The position numbers and the translations under genes were made by a program. Below, one piece after another: positions 26,301-37,200 of a DNA stretch of 39,244 nt. Source of the DNA: Catajapyx aquilonaris (Eukaryota); contig JYFJ02003648.1 of assembly GCA_000934665.2 (NCBI GenBank), positions 1 to 39,244 of the forward strand, read 5' to 3'. Below the pieces are notes generated by a model. It did no database searches. It saw only the letters and a program-made list of their open reading frames with translations, and was not told the DNA's origin. Position 1 is the first letter of the stretch, and every line of letters begins with the position of its first letter.

Positions 26301-29300
26301 TTGAAATTGAGCTCTACGTGAAAAGCCTCGTATACGAGGTGGGTGGGTGGAAATCGATGTTTGCGAAATGGCTCTTCCATACTGTTCAGAGAAACGGAAC
26401 ACATTCGAGCGGGCTTTTGTTGTTTCAACAGCTTAAAATTAGCGAATCGCATGCACCTATTGCAAATTCTCATAGTCTTTATCCAGAATATTTGTTTAAA
26501 ATTTAACTTTGGACAGCTGCTTCTATTTTTTCTATTTGAGTAAACTTTCACATACACCATTTTATAAATAAAAATTAGTATAGCGCAAACATTTTCATTC
26601 ACTTGTACAAACAGGCCTTAGATAGAATGAATGTAAAATTTATGATGCAACAGTTCCCTGTTCAGTTTTGGTAGCTAATTATAACCGTACTGTATGTCGC
26701 CCACTCACACAATTCCTAACTCGTTTACCTGGGGTTTCATTCACAAAAATGGTGTAACTATTTTTTGCATACTTCTATAGGCCTAAAGCAATTTAGTACA
26801 TGCCCAAAAGTCTGTCTCAACCATTAATACATTTTAAATTACAAATGTATCCCCTGGAGGCGGGAGATGTGACTTTATATCTGCTGCTTCTGATGTGTTT
26901 TTATTCGCGCAGGAGTGATTGTGTTTGGCTCGGACCAAGAGGTGGCTGGTCTGATGAGAGCCATTCGACGATGCAACTCTACCGGCAGCTTCTCTTGGCT
27001 AGGCTCCGACGGATGGAGCGCCAGGGCACTGGTGTCTCAAGGAAATGAACCAGAAGTCGAGGGAACGTTGTCTGTTCAGCCCCAAGCCAATCCCGTCAAG
27101 GGATTTGACGACTACTTCCTATCCTTACATCCGCACAACAATACGAGAAATCCGTGGTTCGCAGGTACTGTATACTGTACGTCAGTTCTAAAAGTACTCC
27201 GTTCAGTCATTTGGATTACAATGAGCCAATATTTTTAACTTGAATTATGTATGCGACATTAGTGAAGTCATATCCGATGATATTACAGAGTTCTGGGAAC
27301 ACCACTTCCAATGTCGGCTGGACGTTGCTGGGTCAACAAGTGGGGGTCCTCGATGGGAACGAGTCTGCACCGGAGAAGAGCGACTCACCAAAGACAACAC
27401 AAACTTCGAAGCACAGTTGCAGTTTGTCAGCGATGCAGTTCTTGCATTTGCTCATGCATTCCGGTCAGTTTATTAGCTCTATTTCTCTTACAAATATTGA
27501 GACAAAAGGAAAACTGCGATTGTCACGGATAATACTGGCTATAATTATTAATGATTAATCTTCTCGCTCTTTACCGGGTCTCGTTACCCCCACAGTTTTA
27601 CTAACATTTTGACAACCTCGTATGGGATTTGCCCAATTTCACAGGGACATGCATCGAGAAGTATGCGGTGGGAAACCTGGCTTATGCCTCCGAATGGATC
27701 CCACTGAAGGAACCGAAGTGCTCTCCTACCTGCGTAAGGTGCACTTCGTAGGTAAGTACTCTTCGTATCCGGTATAGGTGCTTTATTTTGAGAAGGTAAA
27801 TCCCCACTTTCTGTATTTCAAAGGATTAAGTGGCGACGAGTTCCACTTCGACGCACAGGGAGATGCGCCAGCAAGATACAACATCATTCACTTCAGGCAG
27901 ATGAAACCTGGTGAATATGCCTGGGTCACTGTTGGAACATTCGTGGAAGGAGAGCTACAAATCAACATGGATGGTGAGGATATTCGCTTGCTTTTTCCTG
28001 CGAAGTTTTTAATATTTAATCCCCGTTGCAAAATTGATGATTGTGTTGTTACGAGAATTATTTACTCGCATCAAGTGAACAAACAAGAAAAGTAATAATT
28101 GTGCGGTGGTCGAGAAAAATCGAGTGGTGTAAATGATGGGCGTATAGGAATATAACAGTGTTGGAAAATATTTGAACTTCCACTACACTGCTGGAACAAC
28201 AGTGTGAATGTAGCTGGCAGGCATATTTATTTACTCACGCACGTGGCTATATAGTAGTTTCAAAAATTACCTCATCATTTATCGTGAAAATTGGCCTCAT
28301 ATCTTTCCAAGTGTAGACAAATATTTCAATATTCCCAAGCTTGGCTATCCCACCTAAAGGAGTTTAAATGGATCCTTGACATACAGTATCCCTACTTCAA
28401 TCAATTTTGGAACAACCTAGAGTGGACTTTGATTACAACTTTCTAAAGGACGGACAGTGTGTGCTGGGAGAGGTAGAGAGAGCTATGATGGTGGAATCTT
28501 CTTTAATGCCCCCTGTATCTGGGTAAATCCCTCTGCTCGAAAACTTCAAATCCCAGCGCCGGAGTGCTTCTCAGTTAAGCAGGGTTTCAACTTCTCTGTA
28601 CTGCTCGCCCGAGAGTTCATGAGTTATCTAACTTCGCTCTGGGAGCGAAATAAATTGCAGACTGATAGTTTTACCACTTCGAGTGCCAGATTCCCCCCTG
28701 AGGTGTAGGGTTAAAATCATGATGATGGTTTCTCACTTGGACGTTCGGCATAGCACTTAAATCCTATTACTGATGGGTAGATCGGTTTTCGCAACGTAAA
28801 ATTGAATTCAGTGTCAGAATTGCTGTTGGGAATTTGTGTACTTTTGCGTTAATTACCATTACGTATTTTATAGAGGTGCAATTCCGACCTGGCCAGAAGG
28901 AACCTCCTGAGTCGGTATGCAGCGCCGAGTGTTCCTCCGGTCAGGCCAAGAGGTACGTGGAAGGAGAGCGTTGCTGCTGGCATTGTTTCAACTGCTCCGG
29001 GTACCAAGTGCGACACCCTTCCGACGAAACACAGTGCTTCGCTTGCCCCCTGGGAACCCTGCCAGATGTCTCCGCCACCTTCTGCAGGCAGCTGCCCGAG
29101 GAGTACCTGCGACCTGACTCTGCATGGGCCATCGGACTGCTCACCCTATCGTCTCTCGGTGAGAACAATATTGCATGACTTCCAATATTATTTCAAACCA
29201 ATTCCGGCCACCCCACTGTTTTTGTCTCCCTGAAGGTTGCGAAGGCAAACTTTGACATCAGCACACTTTTAATTAATTTGTTCCTCACGGGATAATGCCC

Positions 29301-32300
29301 GGCTACAAAATTTCAACCCTTTGCCTCGTCGCTTTGAAACGCTTCTGACGTCTCCGATGGCTGCCACAAACCGTCATTCCTATGCCCCGTGACATAGCCG
29401 CGGCTCAAATGCATCTGAAGCATAAAATGGCCCTTAAAACTCAACGACATCCGAGCCTGTCCTATATTGCCGTCCTGAGCCTGCTCCACCCGCCACCAAC
29501 CCTGACCAAATCCATACCCCTTATATCGTAAAAAAGCGCAATGTCGTCAAAAGAGTGGCGGCCCAACAATAAATATAAAAATTAAAGCCCGAACCCTGGT
29601 TGGATTTACGAGAAAATCATCACCCACAGTGATTGACGCTGAGTGGTTGCCAGAGCTTATTGTTATCATCATCGTTATTATTCCCGTCAAGGCATTGTTC
29701 TGACGGTGGTGACTGGGGTGGTGTTCCTGGCCCGACACGACACTGCGGTGGTTCGTGCTGCTGGTCGAGAGCTGAGCTACGTGCTTCTGTCTGGTCTTCT
29801 CCTGTGCTACGTGCTGGCCTCCACCTTCGCCCTGAAGCCGAACGACGCCGTCTGCGCCCTGCACAAGTTCGGTCCAGGCCTGTGCTTTGCCATGGTCTAC
29901 TCCGCACTTCTGACCAAAACCAACCGAATTGCACGAATATTTCAAGCTGGACGTCGATCTGCCAGAAGGCCACCATGCATCTCCCCGAGGGCGCAGCTGC
30001 TCATCTGTACCGCTCTCGTGTCTGTACAGGTGCGTATGGTACACACCATGCATAATTCCAACTGACGATTTGTGCTTCCAGTTGTTGGGTAGCGTGCTTT
30101 GGATGACAGTGTCACCTCCTCGAGCGACGTACCTGTACCCAACCCGCGAGACCCGTCTTCTGGTATGCGCTTCGGCGACAGACGCGTCGTATGTGCTGAG
30201 CCTGAGCTACCCGATGCTGCTGGTACTGGTCTGCACCGTGTACGCCGTGCTGACTCGCAACATCCCAGAGGCTTTCAACGAGTCTAAGCACATAGGCTTT
30301 ACCATGTACACGACATGTGTGCTGTGGTTGGCCTTTGTCCCTATCTACCTAAGCACCAAGCACAACGCGGCCCTCAGAGTGGCCTCCATCTCCATCACCA
30401 TCTGCCTCAGCGCCGGGGTCACCTTGGCCTGTCTATTCACCCCTAAGCTATACATCATCCTGCTGCATCCGGAGAGGAACGTCAGGCAGAGCATCATGGC
30501 CCGGGGGCCGCCCCTCCTAAGACCACCGCCTTCGTCTTCCTTTTCCGGCACCGGAGGAGGAGCATCATCCAGAGTCGACTCGTGCACACAGAGTGAAGGT
30601 GAGATTACACTCTCTGCACCCTTATCTTCGGTTTCTTCCTTAGCAGACATACCACGGGCGTTCAGATTGTGTTACTCACGGGTCTTCTGAGAATGGAATC
30701 GATCATGGCTCCAAGGCATAGAGCCCAAAAAGTGACAAAAAAGATGCAACGTTCACCCGACCATCTAGGCGGAAGAATTGAATTTTTCACATTTTTTGCT
30801 CCCATTTGCATTTAAAATACTGTACCACTTTTTTGCCTAGTGGTGCAGATTGAAATAACCCCTCCAGATTAGAGCTCATTTGGTATTTAAATACAAAATT
30901 TCAAAAACACTTTAAGGTTATTATAGGTTATTTATGCAAGCAATAAATATAGCCTATTTACTATCCCGGAAGAATTAACGTAATGGGCTGAGGAATTTAG
31001 CAATAGTAATTATTATGTAGCTACATCACCAATATAATTTCATATCAATTTTCCACAACTTTGTAATAATATCTGTATTTCTGTTTCCTCATTTCGCGCA
31101 GGTTTTATTGCACACTTTTGATGGGACTAACTGACTCACCCTGTGCAGTGGTCGTAGAATGAAGACTTAAACACGCATGATTGCTTGCTCAATATACTTT
31201 TACAGACCATTTTATCAGCTTTAGATCCTTATCTAGAAATAACTTCCGAGTCCAGGCTAACATTGCACCGACCCAATTACGATACGAATTCCGACGGTAT
31301 ATAATATCCTAACTAAAAGCATGGGGAGGAGTCCAGGGGCTCGGTGATGGGAGGAGAGGCAATAAACCATGCCATAATGAAGTGCACATCAAAAGCAAGG
31401 TGGTTGTAAATTCATAAGTTATCTTGTTTTTAATTTATGCGCACCGAAATGGCATTTTCCACGGCCTGATTGCTTCGCGGTGCTTTTTTGAAATATTACT
31501 TCCGAAGGGTTGCAAAATTATTTAGAACATTTCTGCAACCGTACGACTGACGCATTTCATTATTGCGCAAGATTCTCCCCAAAATTGGAACTAGAGCCTT
31601 CTAAAAGAATATTTTACGCGCAACTGTTTTGTAATTTTCATAACGAAAGGCATGGAAAAAAATTCATTCGGCTGATTATGAGAATTCCATTCCCTTTGGC
31701 ATGGATAATAATTTATTAGATTTTTTTCCCCACCAGGGGCGACCATTAATTTTTCGTGCGAAATTAAGCACTGCGTAAAATCATTTGTCATTTTTTTTAA
31801 ACGTTAAATATCACAAGAGCAGGATAAACAAAAAAATGTGGAAATGGTGAACACATTTTTCATCTATTGCACGTTCCGTACTCCAACATAATTATGTCCA
31901 TGACAGTCGAATGATTTATGCCATAGTTCTCGTTCATAAACCATTTCTAGGATGGAAAAAGTAACGCTTTGGTATGCAGTAATCAGCCCACTCAAAAGAT
32001 CAATAATATATTCTGCAAATTCTGAATTAGTTTCCATATAGCTTATGGTAGGAAGCACTTTGCTGTCTTTCTAGTAGGACACTCTTGAAAAACACTTGCG
32101 AACGCTCGCAGTCCAGTACATGACGATTTATTGTCAACTTCTACAACTTGACAAACAACGGGTTCGTGAAATCTTTTCCAGCATCAGACTACAGCATCAG
32201 ACGTAGAACTATAATGCATATTGTTGGCGACGGAGAGAAAACATTATCGGTATTTCCGGGTATTTCAGTCAACTCGTTGGGTCCACATTCTATAGATCAT

Positions 32301-33147
32301 TATGGTCTGAAGGCCGTTTCCCAAACGCCAAGTAACGTCATTCCAATTATTACTCGTGGTCAGTCTAATCCTGGTCGATAGACAATCAAAACTTTCATAA
32401 TCGCTTTAAATGATGGACATCACCTGAATGCAGTTGCGAAACGACCTCTAAGTTAGTAGGCTGTAAAGCTGAGTTCCCACGGGAATTGGCTTTGTCTTTG
32501 TGGTTGGGATTAGTGACAGCTAGAGATACTCACCTGGTAAAAAAGATGTAGCAGATCTACTTCAGGATATAATGGGAAAGCTACCAGCAATGGGTACATA
32601 TGTTAATTAATGCACCGTTCAGGGAATTAAGTTTAAGTTTAGTGTAATTGGCTATTATTATTTCCTACCTGAGCTATAATATGAGTTCGGTTACACCAAT
32701 CAGCGCCGGCATGTCCTTTTCCTGCGCTGATTGGTGCAACCTAGCCACAACGACCGCCCGTGTGAACCCAACTTATAAGTGGGCACCTCGATATAACCGC
32801 ACGACAGTGACGTCGCCATTCACGTAGAATCCTCCAATTGCGCAGCGGCCGACTACGAGCTGCTGGACGCCCTCCGGCCGGTCAACTCTGCGGCGTCCAC
32901 AGTCTCCCGCTCAACCTCCGCAACACAGACGCCGTCGCTCGGGTTCTGCGGCGACGACGACTTCGACGACGACGAGGACAACGGACACGACGCCAACCAT
33001 GTCGCCCCTTCCAACCCATCGTCGTCGCCAGCTTCCCCCAACAACAAAGGGGGTTCACCGACGCCATCACCCCCTCCGTACCCGCCCGCCGACGGCAATG
33101 TCGCACCACATCGACCTTTGCAAGACGTTCCGGATGTACAGCTATAG
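20217..33147 (+). CDS. mtt: mXR/mangetout-type metabotropic glutamate receptor-like class C GPCR, 5'-partial; join(20217-20371,25723-25893,25953-26097,26913-27164,27289-27463,27645-27751,27824-27973,28874-29158,29692-30029,30082-30598,32828-33147)
   Basis: All 10 introns GT-AG with matching phases, 2615 nt in one frame to TAG at 33145-33147. Venus flytrap ([49 protein letters not shown], RNPWF), Cys-rich domain (CCWHCFNC) and 7TM (KTNRIARIF, NIPEAFNESKHIGFTMYTTC, FTPKLYIILLHPERN). VSFFSTS, KLVKDSGVAE and SVQPQANPV match recalled Drosophila Mtt rather than mGluRA. Confidence 0.9.
21921..22384 (-). mobile_element. Decayed pogo/Tigger-like transposase N-terminal remnant (psq-type and CENP-B-type HTH region)
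   Basis: Minus-strand fragments across stops and frameshifts: ALKTVKSGE; GRESTL; KQLLQKYCRLI; GTTRK; RALGRAVSGRNVIIKASF; DPEIRLHCETILHIEEGMGFT, which aligns without gaps to the recalled family motif HPELSLRxPExxSxxRAxGFN. Confidence 0.5.
25723..25893 (+). CDS. mtt: mtt coding exon
   Basis: ctccag|GTG...AAG|gtaagt; [57 protein letters not shown]. Confidence 0.95.
25953..26097 (+). CDS. mtt: mtt coding exon
   Basis: ttacag|GCA...AGAG|gtggag after a 59-nt intron; ALEELERLLGRHGVCIAVREKLVKDSGVAEEQAYDGIVSRLTSKPRAR. Confidence 0.93.
26913..27164 (+). CDS. mtt: mtt coding exon
   Basis: gcgcag|GA...GCAG|gtactg; [38 protein letters not shown]...RNPWFA. Confidence 0.95.
27289..27463 (+). CDS. mtt: mtt coding exon
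   Basis: ttacag|AG...TTCCG|gtcagt; EFWEHHFQCRL...FEAQLQFVSDAVLAFAHAF. Confidence 0.93.
27645..27751 (+). CDS. mtt: mtt coding exon (absent from ORF track)
   Basis: tcacag|G...GTAG|gtaagt; RDMHREVCGGKPGLCLRMDPTEGTEVLSYLRKVHFV; phases 2 and 1 fit both neighbours. Confidence 0.92.
27824..27973 (+). CDS. mtt: mtt coding exon
   Basis: ttcaaag|GA...GATG|gtgagg; GLSGDEFHFDAQGDAPARYNIIHFRQMKPGEYAWVTVGTFVEGELQINMD. Confidence 0.93.
28874..29158 (+). CDS. mtt: mtt coding exon (Cys-rich domain, start of TM1)
   Basis: ttatag|AG...CTCG|gtgaga; PPESVCSAECSSGQAKRYVEGERCCWHCFNCSGYQ...CFACPLGTLPD...C...WAIG. Confidence 0.95.
29692..30029 (+). CDS. mtt: mtt coding exon (TM1-TM4)
   Basis: gtcaag|GC...CAG|gtgcgt; DTAVVRAAGRELSYVLL...YSALLTKTNRIARIF...ISPRAQLLIC. 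Confidence 0.93.
30082..30598 (+). CDS. mtt: mtt coding exon (TM4-TM7, proximal C-tail)
   Basis: ttccag|TTG...GAAG|gtgaga after a 52-nt intron; YAVLTRNIPEAFNESKHIGFTMYTTCVLWLAFVPIY...FTPKLYIILLHPERNVR. Confidence 0.93.
32689..32741. repeat. 18-bp inverted repeat hairpin in the last mtt intron
   Basis: GGTTACACCAATCAGCGC (32689-32706) vs GCGCTGATTGGTGCAACC (32724-32741), one mismatch. Confidence 0.8.
32828..33147 (+). CDS. mtt: Probable mtt terminal coding exon (low-complexity C-tail); an in-frame alternative acceptor would start at 32846
   Basis: GC-rich island open in the phase-1 frame after cgtag|; ESSNCAAADYELLDALRP...SATQTP...DDDFDDDED...SPPPYPP...DVQL*; AATAAA 97 nt after the stop; no homology support recalled. 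Confidence 0.7.
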
Positions 33148-33243
33148 AGCTATTATGTGTTGTTAATTTTCTCGAAAATTTGCGTCGAGAAGCGTGTAAA
33201 TTATATGCAGCTTTTTTTTCGTTTCGCTGTGATCTTGGATGCC

Positions 33244-33249
33244 AATAAA
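33244..33249 (+). terminator. Putative mtt polyadenylation signal
   Basis: AATAAA after stop 33147, followed by T/G-rich sequence. Confidence 0.55.
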
Positions 33250-33729
33250 CGGGTACGTTTTGCAATGGTTTGTTTATTTCAGCTAGAGGTTGCCTACCAT
33301 GTTTCGGGGGTCCAAGCAACGTTATGAAATCAAAACAATTCTTGCCTTCGAGTTCGAAGGACACAAAAAAATTCGGATCCACCAAATTTTCAGGTTAGTG
33401 GCTTTGTTTCTTCTTTCTGGTTGCTCTTTCGCGAATTTAAGGGCAAAGATGACATGCTGTAGCAGGTTCATTGACAATAATGACTTTGCGAAGATTTGAT
33501 GGCCAAAATATTCACTATAGCGGCAGAACATGGCTTATATATCTGTGATATTAGCTGTTGCTATTGACATTTTTGCCAAATAACATTCCAGATTTTCTTA
33601 TGTAGAGGCTTTAAAGACCAGTAGTAACACCTAATGGCCAAAATCGTCTTCCTCTTCCAGTACCTTTCTGTTCATTCCTTTCGAGAATAAATTCTGAACG
33701 GCGTTTATTGTTGGATGCCTGTTGAAGAG

Positions 33730-33743
33730 GTTGCTCTGGTAAC
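33730..33743 (+). promoter_or_regulatory. RFX X-box-like motif upstream of the CFAP107-like gene
   Basis: GTTGCTCTGGTAAC vs GTTGCCATGGYAAC (2 central mismatches), about 445 bp upstream of ATG 34187. Confidence 0.55.
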
Positions 33744-34186
33744 AATTCATTGTCGGCGGTGGTTAAGGCTGGTTCTGACGAGTGGGAACCCTGTGTTTAC
33801 GTATTAAATATGAAGAAATGCACAAAATAAATAATTGTAGATACTTCCGGTGCTGAACATGCTGAACCAGTTTACAATGAGAATATTCCCGGTCGAGAAA
33901 TCGGGGACATCAAAATTTAGTCATATTTTTTCAAGAGCCGGATTGTTCCCAAGTGACTCGTTGCATTGTTTTGTGGTCATTACGACGCATACAGCAATGC
34001 ACGCATCGCCGGCGCCGTTGCATCTTCCGAGCAGTAAAACACATCTAATCCAACAATAAAACCGTATTGTTCGCATAATTTTCTGGCTAATTATTATTGG
34101 TTAGTGTATAAGAAACTACACCTTATCCGTTTCCACGCACAGGCCCAAAATTTTCTGATTGACCGAGCAGCAAATCCAACAGAAGC

Positions 34187-34256
34187 ATGGCGGAAGTACC
34201 GAGCCGCAGCAATTCTCTGGCCCCAGACATCAACGAGAGCAAGGCAGCCAACGAAG
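34187..34256 (+). CDS. CFAP107-like gene, first coding exon
   Basis: ATG in good context, MAEVPSRSNSLAPDINESKAANE, donor AAG|gtacct; upstream acceptor ccacgcacag at 34142 suggests a 5'UTR intron. Confidence 0.6.
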
Positions 34257-37200
34257 GTACCTCTAACATTCATCGCATTATCGTTCTCACGAGGGCGGTT
34301 GATCTCGGAAAAATTCCATTTACCTGAATTTGTTTAGCTCGCGTTTCAACTGGTCAAAGCATGATTTTGTCTAATCATATTATGTTGATCCATCACACTC
34401 ATGAGAACGTAGCACATGCGATATTACTAGAGAATTATACAAAATGCATGATTCCACACGCCTAGGGGAGTTCACTTTGAGCTCCAATACAGAGGAGACG
34501 TCGAGCCCGGTGACCGGACTGTCCGGGATGCCCTCGGGAAGGTCTTCGGGCAGCACGGTGGCCGAGATCCGAGACCTGATCCTGGCACTGGCTGCGTGTG
34601 CCTGCGCAGGGGGTCACGTGGGGCCCTCGGAGGACAAGAAGCACAAGCCTTGCGGGCCGGAAGCCCCTTGCCCGGGGTACCCCTGGCACTCCAGGGAGAG
34701 GGCCAAGCAGCCCAGGGACCACCATGCTTGCAAAGAGGGGTCACATTGGAAGGACTACACTCCGGAACCACCCAAGATCGAGCCCCTTCCTCTAAAGGTA
34801 ACCTCCTATACACAGGGTGGTCCTCTGACCAAGCAAGTCTCCAGCAACTGGTTGCTAGGGTAAACAGTAGAGGCAGAGATCAAAACGTAGTAAATCCGCT
34901 CTCAGTCATTGCGCCCACTGTGATGTCATCTAAGTCTGAATACAAAAGTGTGACCAATAGATGAAACTGAATCCTCCTTCTGCAGTTGTTATCGTAACCA
35001 GGTGATTGTTTGTTGATCTGTTCCCTGATGACAATGAATAAAATAATAGTCTAGTTTTGAGAGACTTCTTGGTTGGACATCTTATCGCTAAGCCCTCTTT
35101 AGAGCCAAGGGTGGGTTTACTGGACTCGGGGCAGGGGGCAAGTCGCAACAACTCTTACGGCGAATCTCTGTGTGGTTCTATACACGACACTTGGCAACTC
35201 GGCCTTTGCGGTTGCAGCCCTACTTGGCAACTACAGTCAACAATGGGGGTATCGAACGTAAGTGTAGCTGTGGCAACCATTCTACGACGTCTGACCAGCA
35301 GTGTTTGTTGATTTAATCACCAAGGAAGTACGCGAACAGTAGAAACGCAACACAGTTTATTTGCAGTCTGTCCGCAGATTCCAGCCGAGTTCTATTTACC
35401 TGATACATAGGTTTCATAGTTTACAAGGAGTTGGAGAAAGGCCCAGGGAAGAAAAATAATGCCAGATAAACTCACAGGCAGAGACAGAGCGCCGACCTCT
35501 ATCTCCGAGCTAATACCTATCGTAAGTTCAGCAAATTCTCAGTTCCTTCAGAATAATATTTGAAAATACAAACGTGTACGGAATATGCCGCAAGCGGGGT
35601 GTATAATTTACGGTAGACCTATTACATTGTAGTGCTAAATGTGTATGTTGCGATTGTTTTAAATTTACAAATTGCTGAAGCTCATTAGATCAAGTTTCCA
35701 TTCAGCCAGTTTAGTGTCCAGGCTGATAAAATTGGCAAATTCAAACCTCTCATTACCCTATATTCCAGGACGAAGATCGTCTTCACCCGGACTTTGCCCG
35801 CGAGCCCCGCTACTGCCCCCACGTGCTGGTGGACAACTGGTCGGAGGAGCGTGTCCGGTACCAGCGAAACCTCCCCGCGCTAAGCCATCGGACCACCAAC
35901 AACGAGACATACACGGCTCCCGCTCTATCCACCGCTGGGACACCGCTGGCAAGAAACATCCTGAGGCAGCGAGGCTGGGTAAGAACCACCTCCTCATTGC
36001 GATTTCCCTCCTTTAATTACAACAACAACCATTGATTTCCACCTCAGGGCACCGGTCCAGAGCTGCTGATCCATCACCACGGAGAATCTTACATCGAGCC
36101 CGTTCTACCAACGTACGACACCAGCTACAACAAACGCGGGCCATGCCTGCCCCCGTCTCAAAAGCCCCTGTCCACCTGGGAGAGGGACCCCATGAAGGTA
36201 CGTCCAGTGGACATCAGGAATGTCCCACTTTCCCTCCGCATCGTCATTAAGCACCTGTAACAATCTGGATCCATTTCCTCCTCCCCCGTTTCCGTGGGAT
36301 TTCTCACGACAATCGCTGCAGCATGATTACTTGTGTTTCTATATGCGGCTGATTAATTGAAATCCTTTGAAAACGAGCACGCTACACTTCCATGGCTATA
36401 TATCAAGCCGGCTCCGAAAAGGGGAGGGGGAATGTAAACTTGGTGGCAATAAGTCGCTCCGACGCTTTTAACAGGCTCGATTCCCCCTTTTGCTGTTCCT
36501 GTATATTGCTCTCCGGCCCATAACTTATACGCGCACATTTATGCCTGAGTAGTCTCCGCATTCAATGCTATTCAGAACCGAGCCGCGTTTACTACTGGCA
36601 TCTCGTATCGTATCGATTTGGTCCTAGATCAACCACCCATGCCGTCTCGAACAATGCCCAACTTCCGATGACGTCTCTTGCACCGACCACCATTGATAGT
36701 ACGGAGGGGAAGGGGTGACAATGGCACGCCCGCACATGATCAAAAGCGACGTACAGTAATTACTAAACAAGTACAAAACGTGTAGCATGTCGGAGGCATG
36801 TGCACAAGCCCCGTGGGACGTGAACAGCATACCACGCCCGAGTTAAACACGGGGACAGTCCAAATTAAATGACAGGGTGATTATTTTCAGTTAAACCGGA
36901 GCAGCCCGAAGCTTTCATCTGTGGCCAACTAGGTTGCAACTCCAATGGGTGTAGCACTGTACCACGTAGAAACTGCGTACTGCGGGAATCTGGGGAAAAG
37001 AGCAGTGTTTTTTTGATTGACAGCGGTTTCACAAAGCCGGCTTGCGGCATACGAGGAGTGATAAGTGGAGTACTTGCCATGTCCTCCGGGTATATGGAGG
37101 GAGCTCGCCGCCAGAGTACATACCATTCGTAGACTTTTAGGGCTATAAAATGGCTGAACCAGACAGCTTCTGGCTGTGTGCAGCGCAAACTGCGGCTGTC

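Noticed and set aside
29547..30650. Antisense and alternative-frame ORFs over the 7TM exons
   Set aside because: Shadow ORFs of GC-rich coding exons
30599..30690. Stop at 30690 as the sole end of mtt
   Set aside because: A good donor at 30599 and a phase-matched exon with poly(A) signal fit better; kept only as a possible isoform
34444..34465. ATG 34444 as start of the CFAP107-like gene
   Set aside because: It lies just upstream of an AG acceptor that phase-matches the 34187-34256 exon, so it is probably intronic
36628..37150. Extra exons or a TATA promoter (TATAAAA near 37144) in the last intron of the CFAP107-like gene
   Set aside because: Phase-0 reading from candidate acceptors at 36627 and about 36890 soon hits stops; the 36197-37283 splice needs no extra exon
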